A DNA stretch of 64,000 nucleotides, from IMG/VR virus record IMGVR_UViG_3300002026_000124, positions 8,176-72,175 of that record, one strand, 5' to 3'. This document shows positions 30,049 through 39,583 of this stretch, in pieces. The position numbers and the translations under genes are program-made. The notes under the pieces were generated by a model. That model was not told the origin of the DNA. It was given only the letters and a program-made list of their open reading frames with translations, and ran no database searches. Each line of letters begins with the position of its first letter. Positions within the stretch are counted from its first letter, which is position 1. The stretch comes from a virus. Lineage: Duplodnaviria > Caudoviricetes.

Positions 30049-30773
30049 TGACAACAGGTGAGAGACTATTATCAATATCATCACTTTCTAGTGGTACTAC
30101 ACTTGACTTATTTATGAATATCAGTGGAGGTACTTCATTAAATTATCCCGAATTAATATATGTTGATATAACAAATTGTAGTGCAATTGGTAGTGATGAT
30201 GGTCAATTAGAAATTACCGCAAGTGGTGGCACAGCTCCATACACATATTCAATTGGTGGTGCATATCAAAGTAGTAACATTTTTACCGGATTATCTGCGG
30301 GAACATACAGCATTTCGGTTAAAGACTATGCTTCATTAATTGATAGTATTGGTGGAATTAAATTAACTGTCCCTAGTTCGGGTCCACCATCAACAGTAAT
30401 ACCGTTTATTTATAGTTTAATAATTACTGATTTAACTCAAAATAATTCATTAGATGGTAGTATTAAGGTATTTGCTAGTGGTGGTACTATGCCATACACA
30501 TATTCAATTAATGATAATCCTTATCAAGTAAGTAATAATTTCTCAGGTTTACCTGCAGGTGATTTTAAAATTAATGTTAAAGATGCGGATGGGTTAATTG
30601 GTGGTTTATCTGGAATTAAAGTGAGTTCGCAAACATTAGTTAGTGGGGGTAGTGGTTGGGGTGGTGGTAGAAAATTCGACAATCAACGCTATAAAACTAA
30701 AGTCAATGTTAAGAATATAAAAATTAGTGATACCGATTTAAATGAAAGTATTAAAGTTAGGGTAACGATTTAG
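30048..30773 (+). CDS. SprB-repeat protein
   Basis: Two DG-x-I-x-ASGGTxPYTYSI repeats typical of Bacteroidota SprB repeats. Confidence 0.75.
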   Translation: MTTGERLLSISSLSSGTTLDLFMNISGGTSLNYPELIYVDITNCSAIGSDDGQLEITASGGTAPYTYSIGGAYQSSNIFTGLSAGTYSISVKDYASLIDSIGGIKLTVPSSGPPSTVIPFIYSLIITDLTQNNSLDGSIKVFASGGTMPYTYSINDNPYQVSNNFSGLPAGDFKINVKDADGLIGGLSGIKVSSQTLVSGGSGWGGGRKFDNQRYKTKVNVKNIKISDTDLNESIKVRVTI

Positions 30774-30815
30774 TACTAATTTATAAAATCGAACTATTTA
30801 TATGAAAACATTGTT

Positions 30816-31397
30816 ATGCAAAAATTTTTCACAGATAAAACAAAATTATTCGAATGCAACATATCTGTTGATGGTGCGAATATTAATGAAACCAAGGCTA
30901 GACTAATTCTAGAATTTCCTAATAAAAGAAATCTTTTATTTTATGGTGATATTGATACTAATGGTAAATGTAAGGTAGTAATACCCGCACTTAAGGAAAT
31001 GAATGAATGTGAGGGGACAGTTTTATTGGAAGTTATTGCAGAATCAACACATTTCGAATCATGGAGAGATAAATTTCAACTCGAAACTAATAAAAAGGTG
31101 CAGGTCGAAATGGTTGAATCACAAAAAGAGGTTATTATTGAAAATACTAAGCCACGTGTTGCAGTTATTGTCGACAATGTGGTGGAAATTAATCCAACCT
31201 ATAAAAAGTTTGATAAGTTTGTTAATGAAAATAAAATTAACATAAATTCGGTTATGAAAAATAAAACCGAATTTTTCAACACTTTATATGAATTTAAAAA
31301 CCGTTATAATGCAAGTAAAGAAGATGTAGTTATAATTGTTGAAGAATTGAAAAAGGTTGCAAATTCAAATGAAATACAAAATTTATTAAATTCTTAA
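30816..31397 (+). CDS. hypothetical protein
   Basis: 193 aa ORF. Confidence 0.6.
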   Translation: MQKFFTDKTKLFECNISVDGANINETKARLILEFPNKRNLLFYGDIDTNGKCKVVIPALKEMNECEGTVLLEVIAESTHFESWRDKFQLETNKKVQVEMVESQKEVIIENTKPRVAVIVDNVVEINPTYKKFDKFVNENKININSVMKNKTEFFNTLYEFKNRYNASKEDVVIIVEELKKVANSNEIQNLLNS

Positions 31398-31405
31398 TTA
31401 ATTTC

Positions 31406-31435
31406 TGTAACATTCCTTGTTGATTATCGTATAAT
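31406..31435 (+). promoter_or_regulatory. TGTAAC-N16-CGTATAAT promoter-like motif
   Basis: Same motif and spacing at 39549-39578 (+) and 3650-3679 (-). Confidence 0.65.
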
Positions 31436-31469
31436 ATACTATATTTGAAATATTTTTAAATACTGTATT

Positions 31470-32115
31470 ATGTTTATTATTTCAAAAAAGAAAGATTATT
31501 ACGATGGCGTTGTTGGTACTGTTGGTATCGACAAAACACTTGTGTATAACCGTGAAACTGTTGAAATCGAGGAAAATAAATTCCCAAATATTCTAAAAAA
31601 AATGCCATATTATGGTAGCCGATAATTTCATAATTGGATTTTGTGGAAAACTTTATGTTGGTTGGAAACTCTCATATGAAGTAGATGCTCCACAGGGTAA
31701 AGTATTAATGAGTGACATCACATATGATTTTGAATTTATTAAGAGCATATTTAATTGTGATGGTTGGAGTGGTAAACTAATTGACCAATATAATTATGTT
31801 GTAAGCTATGATGCGTTGCAATTATTTATAGATTTAAAAGTACCTGTTTTTATATATGAAGTCTATCATAACAGAACATCCATTGGTAAATATTGGGGTA
31901 GAGATACTACAAAATTCTTTGTTAATCCCACACTAAAAGATTATGAGTTCTTTAAAATTTTTGATAGTTTTCAAGCGTTTCAAGAAATTCAGATGTTTAT
32001 GGGTGGTGTATTAGGTAGGGGTGAAAAGGAAATCGTTGAAATTGAAGACAAATATAAGATTGCACAACACGGATTTAATAAATGGAGTTTTAGAAAAGAA
32101 CCAAAAACTAAATAA
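31470..32115 (+). CDS. hypothetical protein, apparently split by a frameshift
   Basis: ORF from 31470 (MFIISKKKDYYDGVVG...) overlaps ORF 31612-32115 in the +1 frame near an A8 run. Confidence 0.45.
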
Positions 32116-32116
32116 T

Positions 32117-32524
32117 ATGTCTGAAAGTCATGAAGGTGGGTTTCAATTTGAAACTGAAAGAGAAAAATTTAAAAGACACATGGAAGAACAAAGGGCGTTG
32201 TTCGAAAGAAAAGTGTACGAAAAAAGAGTGAGAGTGATGGAAGCTAATTCTGTTGAATCTAAAACCGATTCCTTAATTAAAGAAATTGAAAGACTGAGGG
32301 TTGAGAATGCTAATTTAAGAAACGAAAATGGAAATTTGTATGCTAAAATTAGAAAGCTAACTTATTATTCAGAGAATAATAAAACTACACAGCAATCAGG
32401 ATTTATAGTTGTACCAAAAAAAGAAGGTCCTTCGATGTACGATATATTTGCTAGTAATTGGGAGTCTGTAAAAGAATTTATCAAAAATATAGGAGATAAA
32501 ACAATAAAGTGGTTTAATAGTTAA
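32117..32524 (+). CDS. coiled-coil hypothetical protein
   Basis: MSESHEGGFQFETE start. Confidence 0.6.
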   Translation: MSESHEGGFQFETEREKFKRHMEEQRALFERKVYEKRVRVMEANSVESKTDSLIKEIERLRVENANLRNENGNLYAKIRKLTYYSENNKTTQQSGFIVVPKKEGPSMYDIFASNWESVKEFIKNIGDKTIKWFNS

Positions 32525-32559
32525 ATCATAAAGTATTTAGGGTAAAACAACATTTTAAA

Positions 32560-32835
32560 ATGGAACAAGAATTACACGATATTCACATAATACCCGCAGT
32601 GTTTCTCAAATATAGAGAAGATGGTAATGTGATTTTAAGATGCTTACAGGGTGAAGAAACTGTGGATAGGGCATTTGAACCACATATTACCAAAGGTATT
32701 AAAGACCCAAAATATTTATTGTTGGGAATCATGACAGGTGTTGGGTACACGCAATTGAATGTTTGCGATGCTAGTGAATTTGAAGATTTATTTATTGAAA
32801 AGTGGTCGATTCTTTATAAAAACGTTGACTATTAA
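32560..32835 (+). CDS. hypothetical protein
   Basis: 91 aa ORF. Confidence 0.55.
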   Translation: MEQELHDIHIIPAVFLKYREDGNVILRCLQGEETVDRAFEPHITKGIKDPKYLLLGIMTGVGYTQLNVCDASEFEDLFIEKWSILYKNVDY

Positions 32836-33167
32836 TGGAAAGCGAAACCGATAGATTACATCAACAATTAATTAAACTTGGTGATATGATGGGGGATGGT
32901 TTACACCATGAAGACCCTTGGATATCTAGAGAATATAGAAAGGTGCTTAAAGCACTTCATCCCGAAATGTTTCCTAGTAAGAAACGTAAACCAAGTCAGA
33001 AACTAATCAGGACATTAATACCATGTACCTGTGGTGCGAAAGGATGGGTATTTGTTAGATTTAATGAGGGAAAAGTTGGTATTAAATGTAAAGATTGTCA
33101 ACGTGCTACCGGAGAATGTAATAGTAATACCGAAGCATGTGAAAATTGGAATAAATTAGTTCATTGA
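32835..33167 (+). CDS. Zn-ribbon protein
   Basis: CTCG...CKDC...ENWN. Confidence 0.55.
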   Translation: MESETDRLHQQLIKLGDMMGDGLHHEDPWISREYRKVLKALHPEMFPSKKRKPSQKLIRTLIPCTCGAKGWVFVRFNEGKVGIKCKDCQRATGECNSNTEACENWNKLVH

Positions 33168-33173
33168 TATTAT

Positions 33174-33455
33174 GGGGGCGACTTGGATTTGATTAGATGT
33201 CAGATTGGTAAAGTAAGCAAGTCTTAGTTGAATCAGACTAAGTAAAAAAGAGTGTTGAACTCGCAATGGTAGCGTAGGGAATAAACAAACCAACAAAAAC
33301 TTCTGGTGAAGTAAGTTATGAATAAGTGAGTAACGAATCCCGAAGAGAAACTAAAATGTAAACTATTCTATTTTGCTTGTTTAGAAAAACGAGATAAACT
33401 TGTAGAAAACCTATTAATCACATTTAAGACGAGGGTTCGAATCCCTCCGCTTCCA
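33174..33455 (+). ncRNA. ssrA: tmRNA
   Basis: 5' GGGGGCGACTTGGATTTGA; 3' GAGGG-TTCGAAT-CCCTC-CGCTTCC-A; G3:U70; internal tag ORF ending GEVSYE*. Confidence 0.88.
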
Positions 33456-33481
33456 CTTAATACATTAAAAATCAATTAGTT

Positions 33482-33757
33482 ATGGGAAAGAAATCATTGA
33501 AAAGTAAATTAATTGGATTAGTACTTAAAAATCTATGTAAAGAAAATTTTGAATTAATTACACAAGAATTAGTACAAGATGATTTAAATAAATATTTAGC
33601 ATTTAAAACAAGAGTTTCTGATTTTAGATTATGTGAAGACCAAAATTTTAAAAGTGCTGGAATATCATTTACTGATGATAATGATGAATTTCGTGTGATT
33701 AATGTTACTATTGGACAAACAATTACATCGAAAAATAAACTATTAAAAATCAATTAG
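33482..33757 (+). CDS. hypothetical protein
   Basis: 91 aa ORF. Confidence 0.5.
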   Translation: MGKKSLKSKLIGLVLKNLCKENFELITQELVQDDLNKYLAFKTRVSDFRLCEDQNFKSAGISFTDDNDEFRVINVTIGQTITSKNKLLKIN

Positions 33758-33759
33758 TT

Positions 33760-34188
33760 ATGGGACTCGATTATGAAAAAATGAGCAAAATGTTGGATGA
33801 TTATATTGCATCACCAGAAGGTATTGCATATTTCGAAAATAAACGAATTATCCAAGAAATTCAAGAAGGTCGCTACAGGCGTTTTGAGGCGTATTTACAG
33901 ACACATGATTTTGATAAGTTAATGTATCGGCTAATACTTGAACATGGGGAAGAATGGCGTGAAAAATGCTACCACAGTGGTTGTGAACCATATCCTAATA
34001 ACAAGCTGCAATTCATCATCGATTATGTACAACGTGAATTTGAAGTAATTAGGGTAGCACAACTTGAGAATATGTTTAATACGCAAATAAGGTTCTTCAA
34101 GGGATATTATTTCAGAATCATGCATGGTCAGGGCAGTTGTTTTGATTTATATAATGGTGGGGATTTTAAACATTTATTAAGTGCATGA
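33760..34188 (+). CDS. hypothetical protein
   Basis: 142 aa ORF. Confidence 0.6.
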   Translation: MGLDYEKMSKMLDDYIASPEGIAYFENKRIIQEIQEGRYRRFEAYLQTHDFDKLMYRLILEHGEEWREKCYHSGCEPYPNNKLQFIIDYVQREFEVIRVAQLENMFNTQIRFFKGYYFRIMHGQGSCFDLYNGGDFKHLLSA

Positions 34189-34496
34189 AAAAATTCAATA
34201 AATTAGTAAGGGATAGGATTCCGGAAATCATTGTAAAAAAGGGTTCGAAATGTGATTATCATATTGCTGAAAATAATGAAGAATTTATAACTAAACTTCA
34301 CGAAAAACTCAGGGAAGAAGTCCAGGAATTCGAAGATAACCCAAGTATTGAAGAAATGGTTGACATAATGGAAGTTCTGGAAAGTCTATCAATATATTAC
34401 GGTTTTGAAGCAGATGAAATCGATAAAGAGAAGAAAGAAAAGAATGAAAAACGTGGGGGATTCAAAAAAAGAATAATATTGGATTCTACGGATTAA
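34185..34496 (+). CDS. MazG-like nucleotide pyrophosphohydrolase (PRA-PH-like)
   Basis: KLVRDRIP...KLREEVQEF...EEMVDIMEV...KRGGF. Confidence 0.85.
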   Translation: MKKFNKLVRDRIPEIIVKKGSKCDYHIAENNEEFITKLHEKLREEVQEFEDNPSIEEMVDIMEVLESLSIYYGFEADEIDKEKKEKNEKRGGFKKRIILDSTD

Positions 34497-34557
34497 GAGA
34501 TAAAATGTTAACCATTAAATGGGTGGCGATTCATTAGTAGTTAATATATTAACCAAT

Positions 34558-34646
34558 GGCGGGGTGGTGGAATTGGTAGACACGCTGGACTTAAAATCCA
34601 GTGGGCAGTAATGCCCGTGTGGGTTCGAGTCCCATCCCCGCTACCA
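34558..34646 (+). tRNA. tRNA-Leu(TAA)
   Basis: CTGGA-CTTAAAA-TCCAG, class II arm, CCA. Confidence 0.93.
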
Positions 34647-34661
34647 AAAATTAGAAAAATT

Positions 34662-34934
34662 ATGGCGAAATTAAAAGTGCCTGTGGATGTACTGTATGAA
34701 AAATGCAGGAAAGTCATTAATCATGAAATCCGAATTGAATCTCGTGAAGAAGCAAGAGAAATTATGCTACTTACTACAGAGAAGCATCGTAATGATTTCG
34801 TCAAATATCACCAACAGGACATGGGTAATATTTGTTGCATGGTTCTTGATGCAGCAAAGCAAGACTTGGTGAAAGAAGGAAAATTAGTTCTGAAACCCGA
34901 AGATAGTTTCGGACACCCATTAACATTTGAATAA
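34662..34934 (+). CDS. hypothetical protein
   Basis: Start reassigned to MAKLKVP, downstream of the tRNA. Confidence 0.55.
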   Translation: MAKLKVPVDVLYEKCRKVINHEIRIESREEAREIMLLTTEKHRNDFVKYHQQDMGNICCMVLDAAKQDLVKEGKLVLKPEDSFGHPLTFE

Positions 34935-35164
34935 TATGGCAATAATTTATTAAAAAAACTGTAAAGAAAAGACTATGATAGATATTAAAGCGGGTGAAGG
35001 TTTATGCGAATATATTCGAAGGGCAAATGGTATGAAAAAAGAAATATCGCAATTAAGTGACATACCAAAAATTGTAAATAGTGATAAAATTACAATTACT
35101 GGTGGTGCTGAATTTATTGGGAAATTTTTGAATGCGTTACCGGAAGAATATAAATAATTTTAAA

Positions 35165-35247
35165 GTCCTTGTGATGAAATTGGTAGCACGTGATAGTTTC
35201 AAAAACTATTGCCTTCGGGCGTGAGGGTTCGAGTCCCTCCAAGGACA
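35165..35247 (+). tRNA. tRNA-Leu(CAA)
   Basis: ATAGT-TTCAAAA-ACTAT, class II arm. Confidence 0.9.
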
Positions 35248-35323
35248 CTAATTTAATTAAAATTTAAAACGATGAAAGAAAAATTTAAAGTCTTGTAGGT
35301 TGCTCTAATGCGACTACAAGAAA

Positions 35324-35644
35324 ATGAGAGTAAAAACTATTTCAAAGACCACTACTAATCGTGGTGTATTCAATCGTGCGTATAAAGAACTTCTTGAACG
35401 CAAAGGTAGAATCCATTGTTCACGTTGCAAATACCATAAAGGTGAAAACTATGAAGGTAAATGGTATGGAGAATATATTTATGACGATATGAATACCTGT
35501 CGTGGTAAATCAGGAACTCATACAAAGTTACCAAATTGGAAACTTGTTTCAAAACAACCAAAACAATGGATGAAAAAACCCATCAAATTTGTTGATAAAC
35601 AATATGGTGGGTACAGGTACATTTACGTTGACATCAAATGGTGA
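35324..35644 (+). CDS. basic hypothetical protein
   Basis: CSRC motif, 106 aa. Confidence 0.55.
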   Translation: MRVKTISKTTTNRGVFNRAYKELLERKGRIHCSRCKYHKGENYEGKWYGEYIYDDMNTCRGKSGTHTKLPNWKLVSKQPKQWMKKPIKFVDKQYGGYRYIYVDIKW

Positions 35645-35655
35645 TGTCAACACAT

Positions 35656-35727
35656 TGCGAGTTAGCTTAGTGGTAAAGCATCACCTTCATAAAGTGGAGA
35701 CCGAGGGTTCGAGTCCCTCACTCGCAA
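35656..35727 (+). tRNA. tRNA(CAT), Met or Ile2
   Basis: Loop TTCATAA, canonical T arm. Confidence 0.82.
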
Positions 35728-35728
35728 C

Positions 35729-35757
35729 AAAAAACCCATCGAATTCGATGGGTTTAG
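35729..35757. terminator. bidirectional terminator
   Basis: AAACCCATCGAATTCGATGGGTTT between convergent units. Confidence 0.75.
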
Positions 35758-35770
35758 ATTTCCAATATGT

Positions 35771-36397
35771 TTATTTAAATTTATCTTTAATTTTATTAAA
35801 AAATCCAGATGGTTTAGCTGGTTCTTGCACAGGTGCGGGTTCTTGCACAGGTACTGGTGCTGGTTCAGCTGCAGGTTCGGGTTTTGCAGGATTATATTGA
35901 CTTTTTTCTCCACGAATATCTGCTTGAATTCTTTTAATAATTGTAGGTAAAATGCTTATATGATTCTGTGATAATAATTCACTTCCACCCTCTAATTCTT
36001 CAGGTCTTCCACCATTTTTATCAGTAATTACTTTTATAACCTTAGAAGTTTCAGGACCTATAGCTACTTTCACTTTCTCAATATTTGGATTATCCAAAAT
36101 TGGAAAACTTAAAACGATTTCAGCACCATTAGGAGAATACATTTCAAAACCCTGAACATCTGCAAATTTCCCCATTACATATTTTTTTAATTCAGGATTA
36201 ACATATTGTGAGAATTTATCCATTTGCTGTCCAGCTTTACGTTGATTAATTTCCGAATTACTTCCCGACCATTTATCACGCATAGTGGTATTTAATGCTC
36301 GTTGTGCTAACCCTGTAGAAACTTCATTTAATTTATGTTTGAATGTTGGGTCAATCTTTCCCATAACTTCAAAAAGTCTTTGTTTATTATCTTTCAT
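35771..36397 (-). CDS. hypothetical protein with LFEVM leader and Pro/Ala/Glu-rich tail
   Basis: KQRLFEVMGKIDPTF. Confidence 0.65.
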   Translation of the reverse strand: MKDNKQRLFEVMGKIDPTFKHKLNEVSTGLAQRALNTTMRDKWSGSNSEINQRKAGQQMDKFSQYVNPELKKYVMGKFADVQGFEMYSPNGAEIVLSFPILDNPNIEKVKVAIGPETSKVIKVITDKNGGRPEELEGGSELLSQNHISILPTIIKRIQADIRGEKSQYNPAKPEPAAEPAPVPVQEPAPVQEPAKPSGFFNKIKDKFK

Positions 36398-36429
36398 ATT
36401 ATACTATTTTAATATTTTAATATTATTTA

Positions 36430-37281
36430 TTATGATATCTCAAAATCTACCCATTCACCTTGGTCTTCAGCATTTTCATCAATTTGATTTTCGCTAACTA
36501 CCTTTGGTTTACCTCTTTCAAACTTAACATTTTTAATTATGTTGTCGTTAAGTAATTGTTCCAACAAGTCATTGGATAGTGGTCCATATTTAAATCCACG
36601 TCTTAAACTTCTAGCAATAATAAATGAAAGTAATGCCGGATTTTTTGTTTCCACAGCAGTAATTTCAAAACTATTATATTTTCCACCATTGACTAATCTC
36701 TCAACAAAATCAAATAAATACTCGCCTTCGGTATTAAAAACTTTCGGGGTTGTAACTGACAAATAATATTTTCCATCAATATTGAATATCATACCAATTA
36801 ATGTCCTACCATTTTTTACATCATCTGAAACACCTGCAGTTTCTTCAGCAAATACAGTAATTTTAAACCCTAGTCCCATACCATTTATCCTATTCATTTC
36901 TTTCATAAAATCCCAACCATGACCACCACGATAACCCGAACTCATTTGTTTAATATGAATCATTTCATGAGCCAAAACATTTTTAAATTGTCGATACGTG
37001 AATTTATGGAATGACGACATTGCTAGATATGAGATAGTAACCTCACCGGTGTATCTATTATATGTTCCATGAACATAACCATGTGTTTTCTTTCTATTAT
37101 CCTTCCACAATAGTGGTACTTTGGGTAATATACCATTAAAGAGTTGCTGATTTAATTTATCATATTCATCTTGTATATTAATATCATTTCTATCAACAAT
37201 ATCTTCATCAGCATAAGGTCTTTCATTAAGAATTTTACTTACTTCTTCAGTGATTAACGATTTTAATAGTAAGGTGTTCAT
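36430..37281 (-). CDS. SprT-like zinc metalloprotease
   Basis: VLAHEMIH...HGWDF; LITEEV leader. Confidence 0.8.
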   Translation of the reverse strand: MNTLLLKSLITEEVSKILNERPYADEDIVDRNDINIQDEYDKLNQQLFNGILPKVPLLWKDNRKKTHGYVHGTYNRYTGEVTISYLAMSSFHKFTYRQFKNVLAHEMIHIKQMSSGYRGGHGWDFMKEMNRINGMGLGFKITVFAEETAGVSDDVKNGRTLIGMIFNIDGKYYLSVTTPKVFNTEGEYLFDFVERLVNGGKYNSFEITAVETKNPALLSFIIARSLRRGFKYGPLSNDLLEQLLNDNIIKNVKFERGKPKVVSENQIDENAEDQGEWVDFEIS

Positions 37282-37283
37282 AA

Positions 37284-37709
37284 TTAAAAATTTACTTTAC
37301 ATTCTTGAGTTTTGAAATCGAAAGATAATCCGGAAATATATAATGAACTATCTTTAGCAAGATTGGCATTATTAATAATAAATTTCCACTGATATTCACC
37401 GATATTTTTTTGTGTTTCCTGTTTCATTTCATCGGTATGTTTATCGTATAATTGTAACATAAACACTCCCTCTACCTTTTCAACATCAACTATAAAGTTT
37501 TCTATTCCGAATTCGTTTAACCAAAAAGAAAAACCCCAAGTAGCAATAATATCGCTACCAATAATTTTATTGTCAAATTCTGTCGTGAAATTATCGTAAT
37601 TATTGAATGACGAATTGTTTAACCTTTGATTAAATTTAAATCTTTCATCATTTACTATGTAAGATTCGTTAAGAAATTTTTGAATTTCTTCAAGTATAAT
37701 ATTATTCAT
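37284..37709 (-). CDS. hypothetical protein with ILEEI leader
   Basis: Late motif 37725-37732. Confidence 0.6.
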   Translation of the reverse strand: MNNIILEEIQKFLNESYIVNDERFKFNQRLNNSSFNNYDNFTTEFDNKIIGSDIIATWGFSFWLNEFGIENFIVDVEKVEGVFMLQLYDKHTDEMKQETQKNIGEYQWKFIINNANLAKDSSLYISGLSFDFKTQECKVNF

Positions 37710-37782
37710 TTGACAACATTTTCTATAAATACTCTTGGATAGTTAAAAATCTTACATATATTTGTACTTCAAAATGATTTAT

Positions 37783-38331
37783 ATGGAAGTATTAAAGAAA
37801 CCACTAGTTATTAATTTGTTTGCTGGACCTGGAACAGGAAAATCAACAACAGCTGCACAAATATTTTCAGAATTAAAATGGCAAGGTTATAGCTGCGAAC
37901 TTGTTATGGAATTTGCTAAAGAAAAAGTTTGGGAAGAAAGTTTTAAAGTGCTTGATGACCAAATATATATTTTCGGAAAACAAGTTCACAAAATGCGTAG
38001 GCTTGTTGGTAAGGTAGATATAATCATTACTGATTCCCCGCTATTATTCTCATTAGTTTACGATAGTACAAAGAATGAGAATTTTAAAAACTTAGTTCTG
38101 GATGTTAATAATGAATTCGAAAACCTGAATGTTTTTCTTATAAGACAAAAAAAATATGTTGAGGCTGGAAGGATGCAAACTGAGGAAGGTGCAATAGCAT
38201 TAGATACCCAAATTAAGAATATGCTAATGAATGAAAACCAAACATATTGGGCAGTGAATGCGACACATGAGGTAATTCGTGAAGAACTTCTTCCAATTGT
38301 TATTGGAAAATACGAAAATCTAATTAAATAA
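37783..38331 (+). CDS. P-loop NTPase/kinase (NadR/AAA_28-like)
   Basis: [19 protein letters not shown]. Confidence 0.8.
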   Translation: MEVLKKPLVINLFAGPGTGKSTTAAQIFSELKWQGYSCELVMEFAKEKVWEESFKVLDDQIYIFGKQVHKMRRLVGKVDIIITDSPLLFSLVYDSTKNENFKNLVLDVNNEFENLNVFLIRQKKYVEAGRMQTEEGAIALDTQIKNMLMNENQTYWAVNATHEVIREELLPIVIGKYENLIK

Positions 38332-38627
38332 TGACGCAAATCGCATACAAATTATTCAGGCAATTAAAGTCCGGAGAAATAACATCGTTGTTCATCAATA
38401 AAAAAGAACGACTTAAACGTGGGGAATGGTTAGACGCTAAATCATATCCAACCGATGGATTTAAACATAGACCATTTTGGCATTGTACCGAAAAACCAAT
38501 TGCCCCACATCTAAGTGAGAAAAATAGGATTTGGGTACAGGTTGAAATGGATGATTTCACGGAATTCGATAGACCTGAACACCAAGGTGGTAAATGGTTC
38601 TTGGCAAAAAAAATACGAATACTATAA
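38331..38627 (+). CDS. hypothetical protein
   Basis: 98 aa coupled ORF. Confidence 0.6.
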   Translation: MTQIAYKLFRQLKSGEITSLFINKKERLKRGEWLDAKSYPTDGFKHRPFWHCTEKPIAPHLSEKNRIWVQVEMDDFTEFDRPEHQGGKWFLAKKIRIL

Positions 38628-39503
38628 TTATTCTTCTCCCTTTGGAATTTGATTAAAATAGTCGCTAAATTTTTCGTATTTAAATTTAGGGTTCAACCAT
38701 TCTTTACCTCCGGCAGCTAATCTTTTAACTGCATATAGTTTTAATGCTCTAAAAGGTACTCCAGAACCCGATGACGGAGCTGCTGAATTAAAAAAACTAG
38801 GCATAAAATATTGTGCATATTTACTCTGTAGTTCTCCGGATTTCAATGTGTCGGCAACATTACCAGATTCATCTAAAACCAAAACGATTGATTTTGGATT
38901 CCTCGGAACAATATCAAATACTTCGTCACCATTTCTATCCAATTTTACAACGCTGAATCCATCTACTTTGGTATATTCACCTTTTCTTTGTTGTATTTCC
39001 CATTCAGGATTAACCTTTTCTGCTTCCTGTGCATAGGTTTTCTCCCATTCGAAGCTATATTTTGTGAGTTTAATAAATTTTCCTACCATTGGGTTTTGTT
39101 TCGGTTTGGCTAAATATCTATCTAATGTTGAACCATATGACACAGTTGCAAATGACCCTGGTTTTAGATTATTTTTTAAAAATTTAAAAAAATCATTAAC
39201 TTCTTCCGCTTCTTGGCTGTTATTTGGAATTTGAGGTTTATTCTCTTTATTGCTATCTAACACAAACTGTAATGCTTGTTGAACTTCTTCAGGACTTACT
39301 TGATAATCAGTTGCAAGCTGCTGTAATTCTTTTGGGGATAATGTTGGTCTTGTTCCCAACATTGTTTTAATATCATTGACCATATCGGTTGAAAAAGATT
39401 GCTTTTCTTCGACCTCATTATAATATTCTTCTTTCAAAAGAAAACCTGGATTAACCTTTCTCATCATTTCGAAGAGCATCTGTTTTGTGTTACTATTTTT
39501 CAT
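38628..39503 (-). CDS. hypothetical protein with LFEMM leader
   Basis: KQMLFEMMRKVNPGF; late motif 39541-39548. Confidence 0.65.
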   Translation of the reverse strand: MKNSNTKQMLFEMMRKVNPGFLLKEEYYNEVEEKQSFSTDMVNDIKTMLGTRPTLSPKELQQLATDYQVSPEEVQQALQFVLDSNKENKPQIPNNSQEAEEVNDFFKFLKNNLKPGSFATVSYGSTLDRYLAKPKQNPMVGKFIKLTKYSFEWEKTYAQEAEKVNPEWEIQQRKGEYTKVDGFSVVKLDRNGDEVFDIVPRNPKSIVLVLDESGNVADTLKSGELQSKYAQYFMPSFFNSAAPSSGSGVPFRALKLYAVKRLAAGGKEWLNPKFKYEKFSDYFNQIPKGEE

Positions 39504-39583
39504 AAAATGTATTATTTATGTTTATATCATTAATTTTAACATAAATACTGTAACATAATCATAAATTATTCGTATAATTGCAC

